A stretch of 57,549 nucleotides of DNA from an uncultured bacterium (GTDB lineage Bacteria > JAJVIF01 > JAGGVT01). The translations under genes were made by a program, and so were the position numbers. Where the stretch lies: contig CBDURE010000003.1 in assembly GCA_965369605.1 (NCBI GenBank), forward strand, positions 1 to 57,549. Reading direction: 5' to 3'. Shown in pieces: positions 28,889 to 39,368 of this stretch (the first letter of the stretch is position 1; each line of letters opens with the position of its first letter). The notes under the pieces are model-generated. The model did no database searches. It was not told where the DNA came from and saw nothing but the letters and a program-made list of their open reading frames with translations.

Positions 28889-29923
28889 ATGAAAAATATT
28901 TTTTATTATATTGCCTTTATTCTCTTAATAGCAGTATTTGGAGGATGCAGTGGTGGAGGCGAATCAGATCCTTTAATACCTCCACAAGGACAACAGCAGG
29001 GCAATCCAAATCTGGGAACGATTTCCGGACGAGTGGTGGATCTTGAAGGAACTCCGATTGGCGGGGTATTTGTTGATGTACAGCTTTTCGACGAGGATAT
29101 GAATCCCATGTCAGCGGTATATCATCCAGAGAAAACAGGTCCTGTCGCGGGTGACTTCACGTTCACGAATCTCCCGTTGAACAGAACTATAATCCTGAAA
29201 GCCGAACATGCGGATTCCGGAATTGGCAGATTGATAGGATATGACCGCGTTCTTTACTTCACAACAGGTGGCGCGGAAGACCTGGGTGATTGCGTGATGA
29301 ATAACGAGCAATTAATGCTTGGTTGGACTTCATATAAGGTTAAACAATATAACCTCGCGCTTTATCACTTCGAACGCGCGTTGAACACACGTTATGCGGA
29401 TTCGCTTTCACAGAGTTCAAGCGCATATACCGGAATTGGATGGGTTTACGCCAAACGAGGCCGTGACATGTCAGGCTCAGGCCCCTCAAACCGTGGATAT
29501 GAATGGGGAGATGCGGTTTCGAATTTCATTGTCGCTCTCGCAAATCCGAATGACGCGGATGCGTATGTAGGCATGGCTGGAGCGTATATGACTCTCGTTG
29601 CCAATACTTTACTGCTTGATCCGGTTCAGTATGGCGGAAAAATGTTCATATATGGTTTCACAAATCCTTACATGCCGGATGCTCTTGATGCTATCGATAG
29701 AGCTCTTGCAGCTAATCCCGATTATGATTCAGCTCATGATCAAATTACAGCAGATGACCTTAAAGCCTGCCAGCTTTACAATCGTTATGTAATTGGAGAG
29801 TCTATTCAGCAAAGTGAAATAGATCAACTGATTATTAGTAATGATTTGAATGTTGGATCATTGCAGCTGCTTACATCTTTGGCTGAGTTCCTCGAATTCG
29901 ATTCAAACAATCCAATGCAGTAG
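28889..29923 (+). CDS. Lipoprotein with carboxypeptidase-regulatory-like beta domain and TPR-like helices
   Basis: AGGAG RBS; FGGC-SGGG lipobox; GTISGRVVD..GTPIGG; AYTGIGWVY and ADAYVGMAGAY TPR-like repeats. Confidence 0.75.
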   Translation: MKNIFYYIAFILLIAVFGGCSGGGESDPLIPPQGQQQGNPNLGTISGRVVDLEGTPIGGVFVDVQLFDEDMNPMSAVYHPEKTGPVAGDFTFTNLPLNRTIILKAEHADSGIGRLIGYDRVLYFTTGGAEDLGDCVMNNEQLMLGWTSYKVKQYNLALYHFERALNTRYADSLSQSSSAYTGIGWVYAKRGRDMSGSGPSNRGYEWGDAVSNFIVALANPNDADAYVGMAGAYMTLVANTLLLDPVQYGGKMFIYGFTNPYMPDALDAIDRALAANPDYDSAHDQITADDLKACQLYNRYVIGESIQQSEIDQLIISNDLNVGSLQLLTSLAEFLEFDSNNPMQ

Positions 29924-29951
29924 GGATTGAAATATAGAGAAAGATAAAATC

Positions 29952-29978
29952 AAACCGCCCTTAAGTGGGCGGTTTTTT
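29952..29978 (+). terminator. Rho-independent terminator
   Basis: AAACCGCCC-TTAAGT-GGGCGGTTTTTT. Confidence 0.8.
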
Positions 29979-30094
29979 CTTGCGTGAGGTTATGAGTGTT
30001 TGGTGGATGTCTGCAAATATTTATAGATAAACACAGCATGCATGGCAATCTTACGGTATAATTTGCCACTGATAAATAGTGGGGAATAACTTAT

Positions 30095-30168
30095 GGGTCC
30101 GTAGCTCAACTGGATAGAGCATCAGTCTTCGGAACTGAGGGTTGGGGGTTCGAGTCCCTCCGGGCCTG
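30095..30168 (+). tRNA. tRNA-Arg (anticodon TCG), CCA not encoded
   Basis: Acceptor GGGTCCG/CGGGCCT, D-arm GCTC..GAGC, anticodon arm TCAGT-CTTCGGA-ACTGA, T-loop GGTTCGAGTCC. Confidence 0.93.
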
Positions 30169-30289
30169 TTTGAAAAAAACACCGTCTGTGATTACGCAGG
30201 CGGTTTAAAATTTTAAGTTGTGCGATTCTCGACATGAGACCTCTGAAAAAGGTGGAAATGATGCTAATTTATATTATCGAAAAAGGGTA

Positions 30290-30560
30290 GATTCCGGGTC
30301 AAGCCCGGAATGACAGTCGCTTGTCATTCCGGCGAAAGGGCTTGTTGAAAAAGGTATTAGAACCGTAACCCGTCATGCCTTTATGAATAAATGTGAATTC
30401 AACCCGCATTTCTTCGTAGGCATGCCGGGGAAGTGGCTGAATATGCGGAAGCCCCGGCATGCCCACGATGGTTATTTGGCTAGGATTCACATTTTCTAAT
30501 AAGGGCATGTCGGGTTACGGCAAAGTGAAGTTTTTCAACAAGCCCGAAAGCCGGAATCCA
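30290..30560. repeat. Pair of GTCATT-type REP-like palindromes; the second is split by a MITE
   Basis: GATTCCGGGTCAAGCCCGGAATGAC (30290-30314, identical to 47607-47631) and GTCATTCCGGCGAAA...GAAAGCCGGAATCCA. Confidence 0.8.
30338..30545. mobile_element. MITE-like element, copy A (208 bp)
   Basis: Perfect 15-bp TIR GGGCTTGTTGAAAAA/TTTTTCAACAAGCCC; GAAA duplicated on both sides; interior is a long imperfect inverted repeat. Confidence 0.85.
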
Positions 30561-30797
30561 TTTATATTCAGAGGACGCAATATATCAAACATACTATGTT
30601 TTAGGGCGATAATAGAATCAGTTCAGCAGCCACAAGGTCGCGATGAACATGAAGCAAAGGCGAATTGTCAATACTATCGTAACTTTTTCGCTTTAAGGCT
30701 GAGAACATTCATGCTTGCATTAAAATATGGAACTACGTAAACTGTCTTAAAGTTATTTAATTATTCAAAAGCAATTGAACATATCCGGAGGTTAAAA

Positions 30798-31883
30798 ATG
30801 CGTTACTTCGCGTTTCTTACCATACTTGCATTAATGCTTATCTGCGTACAAACAGCTGTTGCGGAAGTTGAAGAAATTGAAAAGGAATCGATGGAACCAT
30901 CAAAGGGCTCATTTATAATTCAGGAACCGGATTCAGTGAATGATTTGCTTGAAGAAGAAGAGGAAGAACCTGAACCTGAAATTAACCTCCTGATTCAAAC
31001 TCTCGAAGGGCATGAATACGCTGTTAATACAGTCGCTTTCAGCCCGGATGGCAAGCTGATAGCGTCCGGAGGTTCAGATAAAACACTAAGGCTGTGGTCA
31101 TCAAGCACAGGACAGCCTATCTGCCTGCTAGAGAACGAGAATTACGATATCCGGGATATCCGCTCAATTGTTTTCAGCCCGGATGGCAAAACTGTCGCAT
31201 CGGCAACTTGCGGAAACAGAATTGATTTGTGGTCGGTGAATGGCCATGAACTCGTGAATTTCATCGTGGATGACAGCGACTGGAATGAATCTATTGTTTT
31301 CTCACCGGATGGTAAAACAATCGCGACAGGAAATCACGACAAAACAATCAAACTATGGTCTGTCAAGGATGGTGAATTGATTCGCACATATGAAGGCCAT
31401 GCGAATATAGTGAATAGTGTGGCGTTCAGTCCTGACGGCAGGATTCTGGCATCAGGCGACCAGGATGGCAATATTGTGCTATGGATGGTATCAAGCGGGA
31501 AATGGATTTACCGTCCGTTCGAGGACCATCCTGTCAGCGTTTATTCAATCGCTTTCAGCCCTGACGGCAGGTTGCTTGTATCCGCAAGCAAGGATAAAAC
31601 AATCAAAATCTGGTCAGTGATTACCGGTGAATTGATTCAGTCAATCGACGCTCACGACAGCTGGATTCACTGTGTGGTTATCAGCCCGGATGGCAGTATG
31701 ATTGCATCATGCGGCGGCGATAAAAAAATCAAGTTGTGGTCAATTGAAACGGGTGAGTTAATTCACACTCTGGAGGGGCATACTCAGACTGTCCTTTCGG
31801 TCGCGTTCAGCCCTGATGGCAAAATGCTCGTTTCCGGCTGCAAGGACGGCGAGATTAAACTATGGGCGACGGAAACGGAATAG
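30798..31883 (+). CDS. Secreted WD40-repeat beta-propeller protein
   Basis: Signal peptide, acidic linker, seven repeats of (GH)...V.S.AFSPDG..IASG..D.TIKLWS. Confidence 0.93.
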   Translation: MRYFAFLTILALMLICVQTAVAEVEEIEKESMEPSKGSFIIQEPDSVNDLLEEEEEEPEPEINLLIQTLEGHEYAVNTVAFSPDGKLIASGGSDKTLRLWSSSTGQPICLLENENYDIRDIRSIVFSPDGKTVASATCGNRIDLWSVNGHELVNFIVDDSDWNESIVFSPDGKTIATGNHDKTIKLWSVKDGELIRTYEGHANIVNSVAFSPDGRILASGDQDGNIVLWMVSSGKWIYRPFEDHPVSVYSIAFSPDGRLLVSASKDKTIKIWSVITGELIQSIDAHDSWIHCVVISPDGSMIASCGGDKKIKLWSIETGELIHTLEGHTQTVLSVAFSPDGKMLVSGCKDGEIKLWATETE

Positions 31884-31994
31884 GCTAAATAGGGGAGATT
31901 GATAATGGCTCAAAAACCATATTTTGGTTTTATTGATGTAAGTGGCATATTGGCAAATGATCCACAAATAAAAGGTGTCTGACCCAATATTAAA

Positions 31995-32648
31995 GTGAAA
32001 GTTACAATCATATACGACAACACTGCCCACGACAAAAACCTTCAAGGTGATTTCGGATTCGCCTGCCTTGTGGAGGCGCACGACAAGCGAATCTTGTTCG
32101 ATACCGGCGCGAAAGGCGCAATCCTTCTGGCAAATATGCGTAAACTTGAAATCGACCCGGCATCAATCGATGAAATATTCATCTCACACGACCACTGGGA
32201 CCATCAGGGCGGACTTGACGACGTTCTTAAAATCAGGGCTGTCAGAGTGTATGTGCCATCTCAATTCCAAACGGATGTCAATTCACCTGATGTAATCAGA
32301 ATCAGCAAGCCGATAAAACTCCACGACGGCATCTATTCAACCAGTGAACTTAAGGGCATCGAGTATGACCTTACCGAAATATCACTCGCGGTGGAAACTC
32401 AAAAAGGAATCGTTGTTGTCGTTGGATGCTCACACCCGTTAGTCGCAACTATTCTGGATGACGCATCTCAATGGGGAAACGTACATGCAATCCTCGGAGG
32501 CCTTCACGGATTCAACGATTTTGAGAAAGTCAAAAACCTCGATCTAATCTGCGCAACACACTGCACGAAACACAAATCTGAATTGAAATCACTATATCCT
32601 GATGCTTTTATCGATGGCGGCGCTGGTAGAATTATTGAAATATTGTAA
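31995..32648 (+). CDS. MBL-fold metallo-hydrolase
   Basis: ILFDTG, SHDHWDHQGG, GCSHP, GGLH, HCT. Confidence 0.88.
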   Translation: MKVTIIYDNTAHDKNLQGDFGFACLVEAHDKRILFDTGAKGAILLANMRKLEIDPASIDEIFISHDHWDHQGGLDDVLKIRAVRVYVPSQFQTDVNSPDVIRISKPIKLHDGIYSTSELKGIEYDLTEISLAVETQKGIVVVVGCSHPLVATILDDASQWGNVHAILGGLHGFNDFEKVKNLDLICATHCTKHKSELKSLYPDAFIDGGAGRIIEIL

Positions 32649-32761
32649 ATAAAGCGCGGGGCTTATTTATCCATAAATCGGATTTCATAAGCCCCGCTTG
32701 GTCCCTCTAACTTCATTTTCAAGGAGAGTGAGAAGGACCGGTATCCAATATCGTAAAGATG

Positions 32762-34393
32762 TTATCCAAGAATTGCCTGTAAATCATCATCAACAGTGCC
32801 TATTGGTTTAAGCGCGAATTTCTCAACCAGTACGTTCAATATATTAGGTGAGATAAACGCAGGCAGTGTTGGTCCGAGACGAATATCCTCAACACCGAGA
32901 TATAAAAGCGTAAGGAGGATGCAAACCGCTTTCTGCTCATACCACGAGAGAATCATCGACAGCGGAAGGTCATTAACACCGCAGTCGAATGCGTTTGCAA
33001 GCGCTAAAGCTATCTGCACAGCGGAATAGGCATCGTTGCACTGGCCGATATCAAGCAATCGCGGAATACCCCCGATATCTCCCAAATCCATATCGAAGAA
33101 CCTGAATTTTCCGCATGCGAGTGTAAGAACAACACAATCGGACGGCACTTTTTCCACGAACTCGGTATAGTAATTTCGTCCAGGTCGAGCGCCATCGCAT
33201 CCGCCAACGAGGAAAAAGTGGCGAATATCTTTGTTTTTAACCGCTTCTATGATTTGGTCCGCCACACCAAGAACAGCATTACGAGCGAATCCGACCATCA
33301 CTGACTTTCCGTTCGTGTCCTGCGTGAAACCATCCATTTCAAGCGCTTTTTCGATTACAGGAGTGAAATCCATATCACCAATGTGTTTAACTCCCGGCCA
33401 TCCGACCAGCCCTGATGTGAATATATTATTAAAATAAGATTCAGGCGGTTGTTGAATGCAGTTTGTGGTCATGAGAATCGCCCCCGGGAATTCAGCGAAT
33501 TCCTTTTTCTGGTTTTGCCACGCTGTGCCGTAATGGCCGTAAAAATGCGGGTATTTCTTCAGCTCGGGATAACCGTGAAGAGGAAGCATCTCGCCATGAG
33601 TGTATATTGTAATTCCCTTTCCCTCAGTCTGTTTCAGCAGCGCTTCCATGTCGGCAAGGTCGTGGCCTGAAATCAGAACCGCCTTTCCAGCTTTCGCGCC
33701 AAGAGGTACGCTGGTTGGAACAGGATGCCCGTATGTTCCAGTGTTGCCGGCATCGAGAAGTTCCATTGCTCTCATGTTTATCTCACCGCATTTTAAAACA
33801 AGTTCAAGAGCATCATCCAGAGTAAGGCCTTTACGCGCAGATGCCGCCATTCCTTCGTGAATGAACGCATAGACTGCATCATCAGTTTTACCGAGAATCT
33901 CAGCATGGTCAGCATACGCTGCAACGCCTCTAAGGCCAAAAATAAGAAGGCTTTTCAGAGAGAAAACATCGGTGTCGTCATCAGGCGATTGAGTGAATAA
34001 ATTAAGAGCATCGCCCTGCTTTATCATCTCATCAAGTGTTTCCGCAGGATTGAAACTTGCAGGTCCATCCGGGAAATCCGCATTTCCCCCCGCTGATTTG
34101 ATCTTATCCTTCAACGATTCTCTTAACTCAACGCATTGGTTGATAAACTCAACAAATCGTTCAGGATCGAAATTTACATTGGTCAGAGTTGCGAAAAGCG
34201 CCTGAGCTGTAAAGGAGTTTAACTTATCGTCAACAACTCCGGCTTTTCTCCCCTCAACCGCGACCTGCGACAATCCCTGAACTAAATAAGTCAGTAAATC
34301 CTGAAGAGATGCGACATCCGGTACTTTGCCGCATACTCCGCTGACATCACAGCCGATTCCTTTGGCTGCTTGTTCGCATTGGTAACAAAACAT
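32762..34393 (-). CDS. hcp: Hybrid cluster protein (hydroxylamine reductase)
   Basis: MFCYQCEQ...GC...GVCGK, SGHDL, YTHGEM, TTNC, GGCDG, TLACGK, DIGQCND, SWYEQKA. Confidence 0.97.
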   Translation of the reverse strand: MFCYQCEQAAKGIGCDVSGVCGKVPDVASLQDLLTYLVQGLSQVAVEGRKAGVVDDKLNSFTAQALFATLTNVNFDPERFVEFINQCVELRESLKDKIKSAGGNADFPDGPASFNPAETLDEMIKQGDALNLFTQSPDDDTDVFSLKSLLIFGLRGVAAYADHAEILGKTDDAVYAFIHEGMAASARKGLTLDDALELVLKCGEINMRAMELLDAGNTGTYGHPVPTSVPLGAKAGKAVLISGHDLADMEALLKQTEGKGITIYTHGEMLPLHGYPELKKYPHFYGHYGTAWQNQKKEFAEFPGAILMTTNCIQQPPESYFNNIFTSGLVGWPGVKHIGDMDFTPVIEKALEMDGFTQDTNGKSVMVGFARNAVLGVADQIIEAVKNKDIRHFFLVGGCDGARPGRNYYTEFVEKVPSDCVVLTLACGKFRFFDMDLGDIGGIPRLLDIGQCNDAYSAVQIALALANAFDCGVNDLPLSMILSWYEQKAVCILLTLLYLGVEDIRLGPTLPAFISPNILNVLVEKFALKPIGTVDDDLQAILG

Positions 34394-34494
34394 ATTCTTT
34401 TTCCTTTTCAGTTTTGACTGAATAATATTAAATAGTTTTATACAGGTCTCCCACCAACTAATGATTATTTAATCAGGCTCATGAAAGTCTGTCC

Positions 34495-34508
34495 TTGACT
34501 TAAGTCAA
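34495..34508. promoter_or_regulatory. Crp/Fnr-type (HcpR) binding palindrome
   Basis: TTGAC-TTAA-GTCAA between divergent hcp and the Crp/Fnr regulator. Confidence 0.75.
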
Positions 34509-34537
34509 ACTAGTGCTATTTTTTCTTTGGTGAAAAT

Positions 34538-35233
34538 ATGGACAAGAAAAAACACATAGCGGAAACGGCTTTGTTCAGCGGTCTAAACGATCAACAACAT
34601 CAGAAACTTGCAAATATCGCAATTGAAAAAAAATGCATGAAAAATCAGATGATATTTTCTCAGGATGACAAGGGAGATGGTTTCTATATAGTTATTTCAG
34701 GACAGGTGAGAATTTTCAGAATATCCAATGATGGCAAGGAACAAACAATTCATGTGATTGCTGTGGGGGAACCGTTTGGCGAGGTTGCTGTTTTTTCAAA
34801 GGGAAATTATCCAGCTTACGCGGATGCTTTAAGGGATTCAACTTTCCTTTTCTTTCCACGCGATAGATTTATCGAACTTGTCAGAATGGATTCATCACTA
34901 TCCATGAAAATGCTTGCTGATCTTTCAAAACGATTGAGAGAACTGGTTTCAAAAGTAGAGGAACTATCTTTGAAAGATGTACCCGCAAGGCTGGCAACGT
35001 ATCTTCTTCTTCAAAGTGAACAAAATAACAATTCCGATATAGTGCATCTTGAAATCAGCAAAAGCCAGCTGGCAAATCTGCTGGGAACAATCCCTGAAAC
35101 GTTATCAAGAATAATGAGGCGTATGGCCGGTGATGACATAATCGCATTCACAAAAGCCCGGTCGATTAGAATAGTGAATCATGAACGCCTGAGTGACCTG
35201 GCGTTTGGTGAGTTGCGTTTGTCGAGGATGTAA
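34538..35233 (+). CDS. hcpR: Crp/Fnr family transcriptional regulator, HcpR-like
   Basis: cNMP-binding domain (FGEVAVF), HTH LANLLGTIPETLSR; divergent from hcp. Confidence 0.85.
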   Translation: MDKKKHIAETALFSGLNDQQHQKLANIAIEKKCMKNQMIFSQDDKGDGFYIVISGQVRIFRISNDGKEQTIHVIAVGEPFGEVAVFSKGNYPAYADALRDSTFLFFPRDRFIELVRMDSSLSMKMLADLSKRLRELVSKVEELSLKDVPARLATYLLLQSEQNNNSDIVHLEISKSQLANLLGTIPETLSRIMRRMAGDDIIAFTKARSIRIVNHERLSDLAFGELRLSRM

Positions 35234-35256
35234 CCCAGCTGATAAATGGCAAAATA

Positions 35257-35284
35257 AAAAGCCGGTACCTTTCGATACCGGCTT
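35257..35284. terminator. Likely bidirectional terminator between convergent genes
   Basis: AAAAGCCGGTA-CCTTTCGA-TACCGGCTT. Confidence 0.6.
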
Positions 35285-35311
35285 CCTTGCTTGCTTCGTA
35301 AGCCTGGCAAA

Positions 35312-35836
35312 TTACCTCAGCGGTTCCCACTGCGTGATGTCGCTTAATGAGAATGCAAGTTCATCTGGAACTGCTACTGCAGCTTCCCATGCTGCATCGT
35401 CACCAACATATACACGCGGTGTCTGATCATCACAGATACCGAATGTTCGCAGACGATTCTTCTGGCTTCGTGGTACAGCAACGATAGTGAAAGTAGAGTC
35501 ACTGGCAGTATATCCAGTGTTTCCAATTTCTTCGGAGATTGCAATTTGGAAGCAGACAATCGAATAGTTGTCGATCATGTTCGTTCGATTATAGCCTTCC
35601 TGGATGTAATCAGAATCCGTCATTGCTACCCAGCTACCATAGTCCTTCTTAAGGTTACCATCCATATATGCCAGCTGCGATGAGCCAAGAGCTCTGAGGG
35701 TAAGTTTGCATCGGTTTTCCCATGCAGATCTCCTTGCATTCAGGAGCTGCGGGATTGCGATAGCGGCGATAATTGCAATAATTGAAGCTACCACCAGAAG
35801 CTCGAGCAAGGTAAAACCTCGTTCGTTTCTTATCAC
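35312..35836 (-). CDS. Type IV pilin-like / prepilin-type N-terminal methylation domain protein
   Basis: RG|FTLLELLVVASIIAIIAAIAIP class III signal; strong GGAGGTG RBS; TTGACT-16-TATAAT upstream on the minus strand (35951-35924). Confidence 0.88.
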   Translation of the reverse strand: MIRNERGFTLLELLVVASIIAIIAAIAIPQLLNARRSAWENRCKLTLRALGSSQLAYMDGNLKKDYGSWVAMTDSDYIQEGYNRTNMIDNYSIVCFQIAISEEIGNTGYTASDSTFTIVAVPRSQKNRLRTFGICDDQTPRVYVGDDAAWEAAVAVPDELAFSLSDITQWEPLR

Positions 35837-36247
35837 TTAATATTCACCTCCCTTCCCGTAGGATAAAGATTTTATAAGGATAACTCCTATAGCAAGCTAG
35901 ATTACTTGCAAAGTTACAACCAAATTATACGTATTCCCAAATAATAGTCAAGTATTTGTTAAGTTAATCTCAAAATTACCTTATTCCTGCTATAAGATAA
36001 TCCTTAGAATAATTACACTTTGAAGAACCCCTGGAAGGAAACATTTTTCTCTTTATCTATTTCAATTATACCATATTATCTTTCAAAACCTATGGACTCC
36101 AAATCTGCCGGAATGGCAAAATATGAAAATGAAATAGCCGTTGCATTAAGCGGGTCTGAAAACGCCTCATGAGAGGTTTTATCTGATTTCTTTGTATCTG
36201 ATTGTCATATCATCAGCCATGAAAAAGGATATTACTTCAGGAGAACT

Positions 36248-37237
36248 ATGGTAAGGCTAAAGAAAATACCGGAAGAATCGCGGGAAAAGATAAACGCATA
36301 TTTCAAGAAACAGCTAAATAACATGGAAGCTGCCTTGAAAGAAGCTCTTAACATTGATGTGGTGATGCAATATAGCAAACCAAGCATGGCAACAATTCCT
36401 GACATCGCTGAGATTGTCGGCGGCCTTAGTTTAATGTCAAAGATGGTGATTAATGGTGTTGATAAGGGAGAAGCGATTTTTATCGCTGACGCTACAGCGG
36501 TGCACGTTTTAACCGGAATTATGATGATTTCTCCTGAGGATGAAATCAAAGCCAATGTTGATCAGGGTACCCTTTCAGCTGATGATCCGGAAAATTTCGA
36601 GGAGCTTGTAGGCCATATGGCTGAGGGTATAACCCAGACTATTGCAATGGTTTTCTCACGCGATAATGCTTTAGAACACAAAGAAACGTCTCAAGCTGAC
36701 ATTAAACCGGGCATGGAATCAATCGATAATTTACCTGAGGATGATTATCTAATTACAACTTATTCGTTAAAGCCTGATGATTACCCTGAAATCTCTTTTC
36801 ATTTGCTTATCCCGAGGATATCAGGTGAGAATCTATTTGTATGCTCACTTGAGCCTGAAATAGACTGGAGTGACAGGACAATCGTTGTGGTTTACGATAC
36901 ACATCAATCTGACAGGGATACTATTTGCCAAACCCTGGAATCGGAAAATATTGGAGTGGCGGATTTCGATTCGTTAAAGGATTTGATTCGGTGTATTCTT
37001 AGAGAGGAAGTTGATATTGTAATCATGGAGGCAAAACCAAATGATTGGGATAGCCTTATGGTTTCAAGAAAAATACGTAAAAGCACAAAATCTATGAACA
37101 TTCCGTTTGTTCTAACACTAGAGAAGCCAACAAATGAAGTGATTTTCATGGCATACAAGGCAGGCGTACGCCATTTCCTTGTTAAACCATTGGATAAAAA
37201 ACAACTCCTCGATAAAGTGAATGAACTCTGCGCATAG
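36248..37237 (+). CDS. CheC/FliY-like domain fused to an atypical receiver domain
   Basis: C-terminal REC fold (IPFVLT...AYKAGVRHFLVKP) with Glu at the phosphoacceptor position (DIVIME); the N-terminal fold call is tentative. Confidence 0.6.
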   Translation: MVRLKKIPEESREKINAYFKKQLNNMEAALKEALNIDVVMQYSKPSMATIPDIAEIVGGLSLMSKMVINGVDKGEAIFIADATAVHVLTGIMMISPEDEIKANVDQGTLSADDPENFEELVGHMAEGITQTIAMVFSRDNALEHKETSQADIKPGMESIDNLPEDDYLITTYSLKPDDYPEISFHLLIPRISGENLFVCSLEPEIDWSDRTIVVVYDTHQSDRDTICQTLESENIGVADFDSLKDLIRCILREEVDIVIMEAKPNDWDSLMVSRKIRKSTKSMNIPFVLTLEKPTNEVIFMAYKAGVRHFLVKPLDKKQLLDKVNELCA

Positions 37238-37310
37238 GCTCTTCTAAAAATTCCACAAAATTTTATATTTATATTGTCTAATATGCCGTTTCTGAATTAT
37301 CATCATGTTT

Positions 37311-37688
37311 ATGATAATCTCAATCGGTATGGACATAGTCGAAATTAATCGAATTGGCCGTTCGATGAAAACCTACAAGGGCAGGTTTTGTGAAAAGCAT
37401 TTCACGCAATCTGAGCGCGACTATTGCTCGTCTAAAAGAAAGCCAGCACAGCATTACGCGGCTCGATTCGCTGCAAAAGAAGCTGTTTTCAAAGCTCTTG
37501 AAGGGCCTTGGCCTGATGGGTGCGGACATATTGATGTCGAGATTATGGTTGAAGACAGCGGGAAGCCATTTATCAAACTGTCAGATACGCTGGCGATTGA
37601 GTTTAAAAAAGCGGGCATGAAAAACATCTTTTTATCTCTTACACACACAAAACAATCAGCGGCGGCGGTTGTAATAATCGAGGGGTAA
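37311..37688 (+). CDS. acpS: Holo-ACP synthase
   Basis: IGMDIVEINR, ARFAAKEAVFKA, SGKP, LSLTH. Confidence 0.95.
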   Translation: MIISIGMDIVEINRIGRSMKTYKGRFCEKHFTQSERDYCSSKRKPAQHYAARFAAKEAVFKALEGPWPDGCGHIDVEIMVEDSGKPFIKLSDTLAIEFKKAGMKNIFLSLTHTKQSAAAVVIIEG

Positions 37689-37699
37689 ACATTCCGTAC

Positions 37700-39103
37700 A
37701 TGGGATATGAGATTCAGCGCATAATTGAAATATTCATTCGCTACAAGTGGAAATTCGTAGTGATATGGTGCTGCGCGATTGTATTCAGCGTCGTGTTTTA
37801 TTTTATCAGCCCACCGGGATATAAATCACAGTCGCTGGTGATTATGGAAAACACAAGAAAACCGTGGACTGCATTTAAAAAAGGCGCGCTACCGCGCAGA
37901 TATCCGGTTCCTGAAGGAGAGAAACCCCAAACGCTAAGCCTGCGCGACCCGTTCTGGAATTTCCTCTATGACCAGATGGACAAATCAACATTCGATTTCA
38001 CTCCGTTTTTCTATGCGCGCACTACCGTGTTTAAAATAATGGATGATGTCGGATGCCGTCACTATTTCGACAACGGCAGCATGTCATCAGAGGAAATCGT
38101 GCTCGCGTTTACTGAGAATCTGGATGTTTCTTTAGACCGTGTGGCAGGGAATTACAATATTGAATACACTTTTGTGGACCCGGAAATTGCCCAGGCAATT
38201 GTAAACAGATATACGGATCTTTTCAGCGATTTCATAAATCAGCTCAGCCTGGGAAACAACCTGGAGCCAATCAAAGCAATAAGTGAAAATATCAAAAAGC
38301 TTGAGATTGAACTGTTGGATATCGAAACCAAACAGGCGCAGTTGAAATCATCATCGGGAATTATCGCGCCGGCTAATCACCTCTCCAGCATATTGGGGCA
38401 TCTATACTCAATTGAATCGAAACTGGTACAGGCAAAAAGCCGCGCGATTGCCAGCCGCGAGTTGTTATTCGATTCGCAAAAACGAATCGAGGCGATGGAT
38501 AGGTACGGCGTTTCTCAAAATGATGAAATGCAATATTCAATTCTGGATGTCATGTCTGATCCGATGCTCGCAGTATTTATGTCCCGACTTTTCTGGGATT
38601 CAATTAATCTTGCGCAGGCTGAGATGACCTATAAAAAGGACACTGCGCATCTGAAATACTGGTCGGACAGGGTTGAAATATCGAAGCAATTATTTATGCA
38701 TCATCTCGCGGATAATGAGAAGGGCTACTCCTCGGACCTTCTGGCTACTCTGACAGTTGAATCCGCTAAAGCTCTCTGGCTGGAGAATCATAAGAAAGAA
38801 ACTCAAGAGCTTCTGGATAAACTGCCTGAAATTGAAAATGAATTTATATATCTTCAAAGGCAGAAAGTTTCGAAATTAGCCATGCTTAATCAGTTCAGGG
38901 ACCTTAAGGAAATAGGCGAAAGCTACATGGATAAAGGTGAAAAGGTTTTTGCCGTGCTGGACAGCGCGTATTTACCGAGCAAGAAGGATGAGCCTAATTT
39001 TCTAAAGCTGCTGATTATGACGCTGTTCATAAGCACTATAAGCGGATTTGGCTGGTTTTTCATTCGTGAAAATATCGAGTTTCACAGCGGAGTAGGGGAT
39101 TAA
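37700..39103 (+). CDS. Wzz/GumC-like polysaccharide co-polymerase (chain-length determinant), no kinase domain
   Basis: N- and C-terminal TM helices, P.YKSQS motif, coiled coil, VLDSAYLPSKKDEPN proline-rich motif. Confidence 0.7.
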   Translation: MGYEIQRIIEIFIRYKWKFVVIWCCAIVFSVVFYFISPPGYKSQSLVIMENTRKPWTAFKKGALPRRYPVPEGEKPQTLSLRDPFWNFLYDQMDKSTFDFTPFFYARTTVFKIMDDVGCRHYFDNGSMSSEEIVLAFTENLDVSLDRVAGNYNIEYTFVDPEIAQAIVNRYTDLFSDFINQLSLGNNLEPIKAISENIKKLEIELLDIETKQAQLKSSSGIIAPANHLSSILGHLYSIESKLVQAKSRAIASRELLFDSQKRIEAMDRYGVSQNDEMQYSILDVMSDPMLAVFMSRLFWDSINLAQAEMTYKKDTAHLKYWSDRVEISKQLFMHHLADNEKGYSSDLLATLTVESAKALWLENHKKETQELLDKLPEIENEFIYLQRQKVSKLAMLNQFRDLKEIGESYMDKGEKVFAVLDSAYLPSKKDEPNFLKLLIMTLFISTISGFGWFFIRENIEFHSGVGD

Positions 39104-39110
39104 ATTATTC

Positions 39111-39331
39111 GCTGCTGAAAAAGCCTGTTTGCACCGTAACCTATTTGCACCGTAACCCGGTCATGCCTTTATATGAAAATGTGAATCAAACCCGAAAATC
39201 ATCGCAGGCATGCCGAGGTCCTGCGTAAATAGCCACTTCCCCGGCATGCCTACGAAGAAAAGCGGGTTGAATTCACATTTATTCATAAAGGCATGACGGG
39301 TTACGGTTCTAATAGCTTTTTCAACAAGCCC
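39111..39331. mobile_element. MITE-like element, copy B (inverted relative to A, degenerate left end)
   Basis: Right half is almost the exact reverse complement of 30338-30440; ends TTTTTCAACAAGCCC then TTTCGCGGGAATGAC; left end GCTGCTGAAAAA. Confidence 0.8.
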
Positions 39332-39368
39332 TTTCGCGGGAATGACGAACTATGGATTAATATTTAAA

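Noticed and set aside
30299-30740. ORFs 30299..30508 and 30459..30740 (also 50983..51204)
   Set aside because: They are translations of MITE/REP sequence with no transposase motifs or RBS.
30168-35233. tRNA-anchored genomic island (WD40, MBL, hcp, hcpR)
   Set aside because: No integrase and no repeat of the tRNA 3' end found by eye.
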